Source: Octopus vulgaris
Lineage: Eukaryota
NCBI GenBank assembly: GCA_951406725.2
Contig: OX597818.1
Coordinates: 89,032,001-89,096,000, forward strand
DNA: 64,000 nt
Direction: 5' to 3'
Every line of letters starts with the position of its first letter. Positions within the stretch are counted from its first letter, which is position 1. The notes under the pieces are model-generated. The model did no database searches and was not told the DNA's origin. It saw only the letters and a list, made by a program, of their open reading frames with translations. Below, piece by piece: positions 43,060 to 56,039 of the stretch. The translations under genes and the position numbers were made by a program.

Positions 43060-43922
43060 CAGGGTGTGTAAGGTATTTGAGGACATACTTCTTTTGCTTT
43101 TTGGGGTCATTGCTGCATTTTTTGCAACTCGATATAATCTTTGTTTCAGAAAATAATAATGGCAGACCCTCGGTTTACTCAAGAAATGAAGAGGCATGCT
43201 GTTATTATGGTATTTCTCAAACGAGAAAAATGTCGACCAAGATCAAAAAGTTAACAGAAGAAATGACAGATGGTTATGTGCAGACGCTTCGGAGGTTCCA
43301 AGTGTTATGCATACAAAATTTCCTGCAACTGTCATGGTTTTAGGGGTTGTCGGCAACGAAGGATATGTGATGCCTCCTTACTTCTTTCCACAAAGCCTTA
43401 GAGTTAACTCTGCCGCCCACGTTGCGGTCCTGGAGATAATTGTTAAGTCCTGGATAGACAATATATGCAATGGAAGGTAATATTTGTTTCAATAAGACTC
43501 TGCACTATCACCTATGGCTCTAGTAACACAGGAATACATGGCTAAAAATTTTCATGATCCCATAACCTCCAACATTTGGTTTCCTAATTCTCCAGATTTC
43601 AATCAATTAGACTATTACACGTGGAGCGTTGTTGAGAGAGAGTTCAATGAACACGCTCATTACACCAAATATTCTTTGAAAGCTGCCATAGACAGAGTAA
43701 TGTCCAAAATGAACCAGGACCATGTGATTTGAGCATGTAGATGATTTAGAACTCATATAGAAACATTTGTTGAAATTGAAGGTGGCTTTATTGAATAACA
43801 TTATAGAGAAGCTTTATTTTTATTCTTATAGCATATTTTGATAAATGAAGTTATTATCTGTTAATATAATATCTGTTCGTTTTATAAACATAAATTTATC
43901 CTCAATTATCTTACGCACCCTG
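43060..43922 (+). mobile_element. maT (DD37D) Tc1/mariner element, internally deleted
   Basis: TIRs CAGGGTGTGTAAGGTATTTGAGGA / TCCTCAATTATCTTACGCACCCTG with TA flanks. TKFPATVMVLGVV; 37 residues between DSALS and ..SPDFNQLD. Confidence 0.9.
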
Positions 43923-44121
43923 TATATATATATGTATGTGTGTGTGTGTGTGGGGGGGAAAGCCTTCTTTTTTCTGTCGAGGACTTATATGACCCTTTAA
44001 TAGACTATTTTCCTTCGTCATTGCACGCTGGTCACCATAGGCTTCGAGCCTATATAAAAATACCATCATTATTATTTACAGGATTGTAAACCCGGCGCCG
44101 TATAAAAAACCATTCGCACCG

Positions 44122-44173
<52 letters not shown>

Positions 44174-44203
44174 TATATACACATATTTATATGTATACAT
44201 ATA

Positions 44204-44414
44204 TAAACTTAGATAAACTTAGATATGTTTCGACCAAAGATTGGTCCAGGCCACGTCTAACTTAATAGCACCACCTGATAGGATTATTTGAATCCTGTTT
44301 AAGTCAAGTTTGTTTATGGTCCATTCAAGTAGTGAGTTTTTGTAGGTGAGTTGTATCCAATTATTGTAGGCTTATCTGGTATTCCTTGAAGGAATCTATC
44401 CAGATTCCGTTTAA
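44204..44414 (-). mobile_element. 3' fragment of a LINE related to 31088-32693
   Basis: [16 protein letters not shown], shared CTAACTTAATAGCACCACCTG, tandem tail and (TA)n flanks. Confidence 0.85.
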
Positions 44415-44477
44415 ATACATATATATAAATACATATATATAAATACATACATACATACATATATATACATATATACA

Positions 44478-44540
<63 letters not shown>

Positions 44541-45824
44541 TCATCGTCGTTTAACGTCCGTTCTCCATGCTAGCATGGGTTGGACAATAATTAAATTTTA
44601 AAATGAGGGTGAAAAAATTGGATATTAATTTGATAACATCAATTTAACAGCAGTGGTCTAGCATATTAAAAACATGAGGTTCAATAAATAGTATTACATA
44701 CATATAAGAGGGAATTACCACTATGTGGAAACCCTTATGCTAGAAGAAGATCCGCTATGTTCTTACCACTAAGAATTGTTCTCTAGAAAATTTTGCAAAC
44801 ACCAGAAACGTAAGCGAGCAAGACAAATGGAAAGTAAGAAAAATTTGAATTCAGAACGCAGAGACGGACTAAATGCTACTAAGCATTTTTCTCGACACGC
44901 CAATAACTTAATACACTATCTTACGTTATCTAACACTACATATATTCGTTAAGCCATTGCATATAATTTCTAACATATTGTTGAACATACACAATATCAG
45001 CCAATGATTATAAGATAGTCAACGGTTTGCAATTACAAATTTCGTTTTAACGCGTTTCATTTTCTTTTCAAATGTCCATAATAACGGCCTTAAGCGATCC
45101 AGTTGAAGAACTGTTATCACTACAAGATTGTATGATGTCCGTGAATAACGTACAATAATCCAACCAACTAGGGTTTCATTAAAGGCTCTTTAATTTTCAA
45201 TAAATACTGAATAAAGTCAATGAACAATTTCGTGTACGAAAGGATATTCAAAATTTACAGTAGAAGCTGCCTATAAAATTTATTTTAAGGTTTCCAGTAA
45301 TAAATGTGCATACTGTTTGGAGTTTGCCATAAGTAGTCAGTTTTTAATGAACCTAATGCAAAATTTACGCCTCGAACATTATGTACTTTCGGAATGAAGA
45401 AGAACATAAGAATGCAGTACCAGCTTTATTTTTCAATCAGTTTAAGGTAGCCACTTGAGGACGACATATTTCATTTGCCTTTTTCTTAAGCTTATTGCGC
45501 TACTCGGCGATCAAATTAGTTAAGTTCACAGTAATGCTACTTACTAACGAACGAATCGATTGATGAATAACGATGCCGGTGGAACTATCACAGATTGATT
45601 TCTAATCAGTTAAATTTTTCTTTTCTCACAAGTGTCATCATTTCATCGAGTGTAAATTTAAACGAGTCTTTTGCGGGGAAATAGGAATAAAAGAAATTTA
45701 AAAAAAACACAAGAGTAAATTATGTCGAAATTGTATTAATTTTAAGTAAAATTCAATTACAATAAAGGTTTAATTGAATATATATTTGAACTAAATACGT
45801 ACATACATTTATATATTTTTTTAA

Positions 45825-46079
45825 TCTTTTATCTTCAACTTATTTCAGTCATTAGACTGCGGCCCTGCTGGGGCAACACCTTGAGGAATTTTAGTCGAAT
45901 CAATCGATCCCAGTACTTATTTTCCGTTTATATCTAGGAGTTATCCTCTCGGTTTCTTTTGTCGAACTTCTAAGTTACGGGGACGTAAAGGCATCAACAC
46001 CATTTGTCAATCGGTGGGGAACTACAGACACAACGACACACACACACACACACACACACGCACATACATATATATATAC

Positions 46080-46112
<33 letters not shown>

Positions 46113-46358
46113 AAATTATAATCTAGGGTATTTAAGAGATAACTCCACGCTGGAAATAGCAGCCAAAACTTGACTTTAAAACTACATTAAATGTTCCTTT
46201 AATGTGTTTTTAGAGTCACGTTTTGGCTGCTATTTCCAGCGTTGAGGTGTCTCTTAGATACCCTAAATTATAATTTTAATAATAATTATTACCTTTGAAG
46301 GTTTTTTTTCCCATGCTGGCATTTGATAAGATCGATAATTGAATTAACGATCTTATCC

Positions 46359-46422
<64 letters not shown>

Positions 46423-46555
46423 CGGGCTTCTTAACAGTTTCCGTCTACCAAATCCATTCACAGAGCTTTGGTCGGTTAGAGGCTATAGTAGAAGACATTT
46501 ACCCAAGGGAATGAACCCCGAACCATGTGATTGGGAAGCAAACTTGTTTCCACAT
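45825..46555 (-). mobile_element. SINE family C split by a palindromic insert (3' part 45825-46040, 5' part 46420-46555)
   Basis: Family C motifs lie on both sides of the microsatellite/palindrome block. Confidence 0.75.
46111..46278. repeat. Palindrome (~81-bp arms, 6-nt spacer)
   Basis: CGCTGGAAATAGCAGCCAAAAC / GTTTTGGCTGCTATTTCCAGCG. Confidence 0.95.
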
Positions 46556-46670
46556 ATAGAATGTATATAGTTTATATATTTGTGCGTGTGTGTGTGTATG
46601 CGTGTATATATATGTATGCATGTATGTATGTATGTATGTATGTATGTATGTATGTATGTATGTATGTATG

Positions 46671-46731
<61 letters not shown>

Positions 46732-46811
46732 AGTTGTAAAATCTTACGAAGAGACCAGAGTAGTAACTATAATAAACAGTAAAGCCAGCGGCCACATCAA
46801 AGCGGTGCTCG

Positions 46812-46854
46812 CGACTGAGGATAAGCCAAATAGCTCGAAACTGATTCAGTCTTG
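46812..46854 (+). ncRNA. Type I hammerhead ribozyme motif
   Basis: cga CTGAGGA ta agc caaata gct c GAAA ctga t tcag TC ttg: intact core, short helix I. Confidence 0.7.
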
Positions 46855-46921
46855 GAATCCTGATACTAGCAGTAACATTCAACCGCCACTTTGACGTGGT
46901 AACTGAGTTTACTATATCTAT

Positions 46922-46989
<68 letters not shown>

Positions 46990-46993
<4 letters not shown>

Positions 46994-47477
46994 AAAATAT
47001 CAAAATTACTAAGTCTCTCTAAAGGAGATTACGGCAGCGTTACTGGAAATTAATAGTTATCGCCATACAAATATGGCAGTCTTATAAATATAAGACTAAA
47101 GCTGTCGCTGATTAGCTCCATGAGGCCACCGCCTCAAGCTAGCTAGTTGACACACAACCTGCGTCCATTATAAACTTTCGAACAGGGGAGGTCAGCCGCT
47201 TCATACTGCCAGTCAGACAGCTGCAGACATGTTTCAGGGTATTTGCCCTTTATCAATGCAGCTTAGTCAGACCCAGCAGGTGTCGCTACTGACTGTCCTT
47301 GTTCGAAGAATCTATTTACCTAGTTTCAGTGGAATACATCCACTTGTTTTCAATAATAGAAATATTAAAATTACTAAGTCTCTCTAAAGGAGATTACGGC
47401 AGCGTTACTGGAAATTAATAGTTATAGTCTTATATTTATAAGACTGCCATATTAGTATGGCGATAACTATTAATTTA
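46990..47477 (-). mobile_element. Hammerhead-containing 365-bp unit with a direct repeat and an inverted tail, in (TA)n
   Basis: 46990-47060 is repeated at 47355-47425, and 47426-47477 is the inverse of 47047-47097. Confidence 0.8.
47219..47263 (-). ncRNA. Type I hammerhead-like motif (C3->U, G8->A)
   Basis: Minus strand: agctgca TTGATAA aggg caaata ccct GAAA catg TC tgcagct. Confidence 0.75.
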
Positions 47478-47478
47478 C

Positions 47479-47513
<35 letters not shown>

Positions 47514-47524
47514 GACACACACAT

Positions 47525-47575
<51 letters not shown>

Positions 47576-47579
<4 letters not shown>

Positions 47580-48200
47580 AGATAAGAAAATAGAGAAATA
47601 CAATATTAGCCTTTTATGGTAGGTCAATATATAGATATAAATGAGACATTTACAAAATTATCATAAGGCCTCTTCGGAGATATACATATACATATGAGTG
47701 CATATCATAAAAGGCTTATTGGTAAGGCTAATATTGGTAAAATGAGACATACTTATCTACATGGCCGAAACAGCTGTAAGATGTAATCTATACTTATATT
47801 TATATTTACTTATATTTATATTCTCTGTTTTATATATATTCTACTTATTATACAACATTACTCTTTTATGTACACTTTTTTATGTACATTCCTTTATGTA
47901 CACTGATTTGTTCTACTTTTTTATGTTTAACCCTACAGTCTCTTATGTGGTGGTTTAATAAAGTATGTGATTGAGTATTATCTGGTAATTGATATTTGAT
48001 TTAGATGTATTTCTCCATTTTCTTATCTTGTATTAGTAATTTGTGGTAAATCATTTTACCTTAGCCCATATAATACAGTAAATGAATTGATTGCATCGCA
48101 ATCCTTAACATTTATGTATTAACTTTGTTGGGTACTTCACTAGCAGTATATTGGATATATGATATCCCATGGAGGATTGCATTTACAACCCTTATCTCAC
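47576..48200. mobile_element. Rearranged pLTR-like repeat with a split hammerhead
   Basis: ATCT CCGAAGA GGCC on the minus strand (~47667-47682) and GGCC GAAA CAGCTG TA AGAT on the plus strand (47763-47782). Homologous to 5078-5300. Confidence 0.6.
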
Positions 48201-48216
48201 TTTGTACATATATATA

Positions 48217-48622
48217 CTCTTTACTCTTTTACTCTTTTACTTGTTTTAGTCATTTGACTGCGGCCATGCTGGAGCACCGCCTTTAGTCAAGCACATCGAC
48301 CCCAGGACTTATTCTTTGGAAGCCTAGTACTTATTCTATCGGTCTCTTTTGGCGAACCGCTAGATTATGGGGACGTTAACACAACACCATCGGCTGTCAA
48401 GCGATGTTGGGGGGACAAACACAGACACACAAACATACATACACACATATATATACATATATATATATACATACATATATACGACGGGCTTCTTACAGTT
48501 TCCGTCTACCAAATCCACTCACAAAGCTTTGGTTGGCCCGACGCTATAGTAGAAGACATTTGCCCAAGGTGCCACGCGGTGGGAATGACCCCGGAAGCAT
48601 GTGGTTGGTGAGCAAGCTACTT
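48217..48622 (-). mobile_element. SINE family C, body and tail (head continues at 50878-50915)
   Basis: Collinear with other copies up to ..GGTTGGTGAGCAAGCTACTT. Confidence 0.92.
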
Positions 48623-50877
48623 TTTTTCGAAAATTTGTCATATAGACAGTACAAAGAGCTTTGCGGGCTGGACAAACACATTAATGAATGAAATGAATTA
48701 TAATGAATAGATGAGAGACGAAACCCAACACCCGCCGATTGGATTTTTCTCGAAAACATATTTTCTTCTTTTTTTTTCCTAAATCAATCTAAGGTTTCAA
48801 ACCTTTTACAAGAAGGAGGCACTAAAACCTCTTACTTAACATATTTTCAAAATTGAGGTTATAAACCACTACAAAATAGTCCAATAAGGTGAGGTTTCAA
48901 ACTCTGTAACGAGGGTCTTTCACCTCCTACTCTTCGATATATCTATCGATATATTCATCATTATCTTCAATGCCGCTTGATTTCCTGTATCCCGCCATTC
49001 CCCATACCTCACTCATGTAGGACATGTAAGTCGTGTAACGGCCACCCGGCCATATGCGACACTCCTCCCCAAATCCTTTAAGCCTTTCCCACAAGGGAAA
49101 CATTATGACCTCCACAGCTATCTGCGGTCGCCATTCGGGATCCCGTGTGAAGGGCATATCTACTGTTTCTTTATGTTCTTCTACTATTTTTTCCACCTCC
49201 CCGCCCTTGTAGAAAAAGATAATCAATTGATCATTTTTAAGGGTGGGGATGGTTTCTTCCACCGTGCATGGCACAACTTCGGGGCATGCAGTCGGCACAT
49301 CATCTCCCTGCCGAGATGACCCGTTCTTCTTCTTTCTTTTTTTTCTTTTCTTCCTGGCTTCGGGAGAGTGGAGCTCTTCCGCTTTGTCCGGAGACTCTCC
49401 CCCGCCTCCCGAAGCCTTAGGTTCCTTCGGGGGCAACTATTGTTGCCCGTCTTCTTCCTTTTTAATCCTTTTTGAGTTGAGGAGGCTGAATCTTCCTCGA
49501 CCACATCCACCTCTCCCTTTGACCGAGTAGGGGAGGTGGCATCTGGTGACTGTTCCAGGACCTTACCATGGTCCTGGGGGCAGTTCCTTTTAATGTAGCC
49601 TGGCTGCAGGCACGAGTGACACTTTGGGGGACGTCCCTCAAGTATCACTGGATACCTGCAGCTAGCCATTTTCAAGAAATCTGGAAAAACCAGTTCTGTT
49701 GCGGCCGATGGGGTCCACAGGGTCAAAATCGCTTTTGACCCTTCCCAATCGACCGCCGGCAATACCCTTACATTTAAGAGCCTGGGCCCGCCATACCCCA
49801 GTCCCCGTCGGATGGTATCTTCAATCCAATCCGCTTCGGTGCCCGGGGGAAGCCCACATACCCAGGCTCGTATGAATTTTCTTCCACAATATGACGGGAG
49901 AAACAAAATTTCATTGCCTTCTAAAAGCTGACTCGCAAACTGGCGAGCCTTTTCCCCGTTGTCAAACAGCAACCATACGGTTGCATGTTTGACACCACGG
50001 GATATATATTTTACAGAGGACAAATGTTCTTTAAGTTCATTTTTTATGACTTGTTTTGGGAAGACGGTGATGGAATTAAGAACTTGAGAATACGTTCTAA
50101 GTACCACCGTCTTCTCCTCCATATCTTTTAACCATTGCTTAGGCGGGTTAATTTCCCACTCTGAGACAGAGTTTTTCTTTTTAAGTTCCTTCTCTGCCAT
50201 GTCAAAAAACAGTTCAAAAGTAGTTCAAAAGACAGTCTGCCAAAAAAATTAAATCGAATAAAAATAAAACAAAATAAAAGAGGAGGGGAGGAAACTGAAA
50301 TTAAAGTAATGAAAAGAATGAACCAATATTTAGAAAGAATGAAAAATAGGAGAAGGGGAAAGTAAAAGAAAAACCTCACAAATGGCACAGACAGGGAATC
50401 CTTTGTATAATACTCCAAAAAGGTAATCCAAAAGGTAATCCAAAAGGGTAATCCAAATGGCTTATTCTTATTTTTCTGGCGAGATACGCCGACTAGAATT
50501 CATAAGAAGAACTCTCAAACAAAAATTCTCAATTCACCGTTACGGCCAAAATTTAACACAACTGTAAAACAGTTAAAAAATCATTCTAAATTTCTTCTAG
50601 GTACTCCTTAACAGGAACAACACTATTTTCAAACAAAAGTTTGGCAGGATACGCCTACCAAACCAATAATTTTCACAATTAAGTGAATAATATTTTCACT
50701 CAGCCTCCGGCAGACTAGAGCCTAGTGAGGACTTGTTGCTTGTAAAAATAATTTGAAACATACAACAGGTCCCCACTAGACCCCCAAAATTCTTACCTTA
50801 CGGCTGAGTATTCAAAAGTCTTCAATTTAAGACGGCGTCAAGTACAACACTGACTTGCACATGCGCAGAAGCAATCT
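48623..50877 (-). mobile_element. ORF1-only (HAL1-like) non-autonomous non-LTR element 2
   Basis: TSD GT(G/A)AGCAAGCTACTT at 48608-48622 and 50878-50892, ~680-bp 5' UTR, single gag-like ORF and a short A tail. Confidence 0.85.
48927..50200 (-). pseudogene. L1/Tx1-type ORF1 (gag-like) protein, one frameshift near 49440
   Basis: LEGRPPKCHSCLQPGYIKRNCP (knuckle His->Tyr) and basic tract RKKRKKRKKK. Homolog of 33349-34739. Confidence 0.85.
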
Positions 50878-50913
50878 GTAAGCAAGCTACTTACCACACA
50901 GCCACTCCTGCGC

Positions 50914-50952
<39 letters not shown>

Positions 50953-51269
50953 CTCACAAACACACACTTATACACACAGAGATGAATGCATAAATGCAAA
51001 ACAAGGTGGAAAAAATAGTACTCGGTGATTCATTATTTATTTTCTGGACACCCCCCACCCGTTCCACGCAAGTTTCTTTTTTCGATTTTATCATGATATT
51101 TATATTTGTGCGTGACTGTTAATTTTCACATCCCCCAACCACCCAACCTCTAACGAAAATTACGCCGTTATGGTTTAAAAAACCTTCCACCTAATCAGAT
51201 TAAAATGCTTATTCGTTGATTTGATTCATATTACTTAACATTATATTACATATGCAATCAATTTTAATT

Positions 51270-51760
51270 CAGCTTTCATCACATCTGTCCGACGAACGGG
51301 AACGTGAAACTCTGAGTAACAGTTTTGTGAATATTTGGCAGCTTTAACAATAGTGTGTATATATATATATATATGGAAGCACTCCGTCGGTTACGACGAC
51401 GAGGGTTCCGGTTGATCCGATCAACGGAACAGCCTGCTCGTGAAATTAACGTGTAAGTGGCTGAGCACTCCACAGACACGTGTACCCTTAACGTAGTTCT
51501 CGGGGATATTCAGCGTGACACAGAGAGTGGCAAGGCCGGCCCTTTGAAATACAGGTACAACAGAAACAGGAAGTAAGAGTGAGAGAAAGTTGTGGTGAAA
51601 GAGTACAGCAGGGATCACCACCATCCCCTGCCGGAGCCTCGTGGAGCTTTTAGGTGTTTTCGCTCAATAAACACTCACAACGCCCGGTCTGGGAATCGAA
51701 ACCGCGATCCTACGACCGCGAGTCCGCTGCCCTAACCACTGGGCCATTGCGCCTCCACAG
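51270..51760 (-). mobile_element. SINE family A, long variant
   Basis: Head TGGCCCAGTGGTTAGG..GGTTTCGATTCC on the minus strand, collinear with 8898-9283. Confidence 0.92.
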
Positions 51761-51899
51761 TGTAAATTAAATTAAACCACTAAATTCTGCTCACTCAATG
51801 CTTTTAACTTTGCATGTTTCAATGACTTTATCAAAGGAAGATGTGATTTGAACGTTTGGCTCCACACTAATGCTAAAAGGTACGAGGCTTTTTATTATT

Positions 51900-52175
51900 C
51901 AGACGGAAACTGAAATAAGCCCCTCGTATAAACGTATATGTATATATATATATGTGTGTGTGCGTGTGTTTGTGTGTCTGTGTTTGTCCCCCCACAATAT
52001 CGCTTAACAACCGAAACCGATGCTGGTGTGTTTACATCCCCGTAACTTAGCGGTTCAGCCAAAGACACCGATAGAATAAGTACCAGGCTTTTGCTCGACT
52101 AAAAGGTGGTGCTCCAGCATGGCCGCAGTCAAATGACTGAAACAAGTAAAAGAGTAAAAGTGAAAGAGTAAAAAG
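51900..52175 (+). mobile_element. SINE family C, 3' two-thirds
   Basis: AGACGGAAACTGAAA..TGCTCCAGCATGGCCGCAGTCAAATGACTGAAACAAGTAAAAGAG. Confidence 0.88.
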
Positions 52176-52684
52176 TAGAAAGATAAATTTTACTTATCTT
52201 TCTACTTGTTCTACAATACGCTTCAATGCTTGGAAAACAAACTTGTTTGTTTACATAGGACGTAACTTATATTTAATGTTTGGATTGTTGCGGACAGCGG
52301 TTCCCCGGTAGACCCTATTAAGGTTACATTACAGTGCATCAGTTTGTAGACACAACAAAACTAACATCCTAGCACTTGAGTTGTTAGATGCAATTAGGAT
52401 GACATCTCAGTCCTGCAATTGATAGATCCAACTAGAAAGATTGTGCGGTCATTCAGTAGATAGACCCTATGCTATGGACGACGCCATTAGAATGAGTTCA
52501 AATTACATTCTGAATTCAAATTCAGCTTTGGTCAACTTTTCCTGACATCCTTTTGGGGTGGATAGAATAAAGTTCCAGACAAATACTACTGGGATCGATT
52601 CTAGGGACAAATTCACTTCCTTCAATGCTGACGTCTTTATGCCTAAATCAGAAACACTATTACAGTTTCAGTGGGGTATATACC

Positions 52685-53098
52685 TATTTCTTTATTACCC
52701 ACAAGGGGCTAAACACAGAGGGGACAAACAAGGACAGACATAGGTATTAAGTCGATTACATCGACCCCAGCGCGTAACTGGTACTTAATTTATCGACCCA
52801 GAAAGGATGAAAGGCAATGTCGACCTCGGAGGAATTTGAACTCACAACGTAACGCAGACGAAATACCTATTTCTTTATTGCCCACAAGGGGCTAAACACA
52901 GAGGGGACAAACAAGGACAGACATAGGTATTAAGTCGATTACATCGACCCCAGTGCGTAACTGGTACTTAATTTATCGACCCCGAAAGGATGAAAGGCAA
53001 AGTCGACCTCGGCGGAATTTGAACTCAGAACGTAACGACAGACGAAATACGGCTACGCATTTCGCCCGGTGTGCTAACGTTTCTGCCAGCTCGCCGCC
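52685..53098 (-). mobile_element. SINE family B dimer with a 19-bp TSD
   Basis: TTTCAGTGGGGTATATACC at 52666-52684 and 53099-53117. Confidence 0.92.
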
Positions 53099-54279
53099 TT
53101 TCAGTGGGGTATATACCGCCTACTTTACCTCCCCAGACGGAAAGCCTTGAGGGAAATTGAGAGAAATAGAGACAAGGAAATAGTGAAAGAGCGATGAAAG
53201 AGACTATAAGAAGGAGAGAGAGAGAGAGAGATTATAAGAAATATAAGAAAAGAGTTATTTTCAGCTAATGAAGCCATTTTCTTTCTACTTAATGAGCACA
53301 TTTAAATCAGAAGCAGATCTCTTAGAAATTCTAAGAAATGCTCTTAACTTCAAAAATGGATTATATCTGTAATTTATGGATCAATGGAAGATCGCAAATG
53401 TCCTTGTGAAGAACTTAGAGTAGTTTGTGCTGAATTACCTCCCGCAGATGATTTCCGTGTGCAAATATTCATTCACTGACTTGTTAAATCACAGCTCTTA
53501 AACGTCGTTCAATTATAATACAAGATACAGCTAAAAAAAAACCTTCTCGATTACCATTCTTGATACATGTTTCAATAGCAAACCTATGATATGCGTCGGT
53601 TCAAACCATGATGGTAACTGAAAAAAAATAAAACACAAGCTACATAAAAATACTATTACCATCTCTCTAACTTCACTAAATGCACATCCTTGGCCTTTAA
53701 AACACAGGAAGTTTTTGTCTGTCGCATGTTGTACCTTCATCTGGTTCTTGGATATCTGTTGCAAACAAACAAAACATATTTCTTAGCTACAGTACCTCTT
53801 GGCCCATGTTTTCACTGCGGATGTCCTGGTTAAGCGACTGTCACAACAATCTCCCTAATGTTGAAGAACGAAAAATGAACATCAACCATTCTCTTCTGAT
53901 TAACGAACTAAAAATATCCTATCAACACTGACACGTTTTTTACTCTCATTCAGGGTCTTCTACCGTTACGAAATTCATTCCCTATAAATCTCCCTCCAAT
54001 CGACACAACCCCCATTCTCTCTCTCTCTCTCTCTTTCACTCTCTCTCTTTTTCTTCCTCTTTCTCTTTTTCTCCCTCTCTCTCTCTCCCTCTCACTCTCT
54101 CGCTTACTCTCTTTCTTTCTTTTTCTTGCTATCATAATTATGTCCTACAAACCAAACCACATAACCCAACACTTTTTCTCAAATCCTTCCTTCTCCAACT
54201 TGAAATAATTCCTTCCCACCAGACATCACGTTTTCCATTCAGACATCAGCTTGCAGATGTCGAAAGAGAACAACCACTG

Positions 54280-54375
54280 CGCCAATCAGTTGCACCAATT
54301 TAGAACGTCATGAGCAGAAGTCACGTGCAAGGTCCGTTCTTCCATTACTAAAACATAAAACAAAATGGCCGCCAG
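54280..54375 (+). promoter_or_regulatory. Candidate promoter/enhancer motif cluster
   Basis: Two CCAAT boxes, ACGTCA half-CRE, E-box GTCACGTG and YY1-like CAAAATGGCCGCC within ~95 bp of non-repeat DNA. Confidence 0.35.
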
Positions 54376-54570
54376 AATAAATTTCATGTGAGAGTCTGGT
54401 AATAAAATTCTTAAATATTCCCATAGTTATCATCTATATGATCTCTGTCTGTTTATTTCCACAACAGTGAATATTTAACATTCACTAACCCAGAAAACCA
54501 TATCCGTTCTATTGTGTTTGCAGATCTATAAACTCAAATATATATGAATGCAGGAATTTTTTATGAGTAA

Positions 54571-54704
<134 letters not shown>

Positions 54705-54742
54705 CATATATATTTGTATATGTATGTGTAAAAAAAGCATAT

Positions 54743-54803
<61 letters not shown>

Positions 54804-55451
54804 TGTTTGTATTTATGCATGTATCTATATCCGTTCTTTTGTGCCTGCAGATCTATGAATTTTAATATATAAGAATGTGTGAATGTATCTATGAAAATAT
54901 ACTTATACATACATATATACATGTGTATTTATGAATGTTTATACATATGCATATACATTTATACAAAATATACATATATAGAAATATAGATATATATGCA
55001 TATCTATATGTAAGTGTGTGTGTGTGTTGGCATTTATTAATCTATATATATATGTGTGTGTGTGTGTGTATTCTCGCTTTTTTTAATTCTTTGAAATCTT
55101 AGTACGATGTTTCCTTCTTTTCCATATTTTTTACAAAGGAACAAAGTCGTATTATTGGAATACAAAGCAATAACAACAACAACAACAACAACAGCGATGA
55201 CGACGACAACCTCAGTAATAAGATGAACAACAGCAACAACAACAATAACGTTAAATACATAAGTAAAACTTTAGGAAAATCTTACATATTTTCACTGTTC
55301 TATTTATAGATTAAATTTTAAGAATATGTTCGACGATCTTTTGCCTTGCATGATAACTTCAGCTTTTCATGATTATATTCTTTTATTAAAGCATGTACAT
55401 ATGTGCATATGTGTGTAGGCATACAAAGACATACACTGCTATGAGTGTATT

Positions 55452-55528
<77 letters not shown>

Positions 55529-55633
55529 TATATATATATATATATATATACATTTATACATAAATATTTACAAGTTTATATATATATATACACATATATG
55601 TATATATATCTATATATATACATATATATATAT

Positions 55634-55666
<33 letters not shown>

Positions 55667-55739
55667 AACATACATATAATTATATATACACATATCGAGT
55701 TTTGTATGCATAAATGTACATGAATCTGAGTGTGTTTAT

Positions 55740-55786
<47 letters not shown>

Positions 55787-56039
55787 TGTTTGTATGCGTG
55801 TGTGCGCGCGCACGCGCGTAGGTATATGTATGTATATATGAATACTTATGTATATGTAGGGATTTATTCACAAAGAAGGAAACGATTGGTATCTCTCGAA
55901 CGTAGATAACAATGGCGAAGGGTTGCAATTGTTGAACTTAAGAGAAGTCTTGTATATTTCTACTGTTCTGCTTATTGATTGTAATTTGAATATGATTGGT
56001 AAATAATTACTTTCTTTGACTGAAAAGCTCTGTCTGCTT

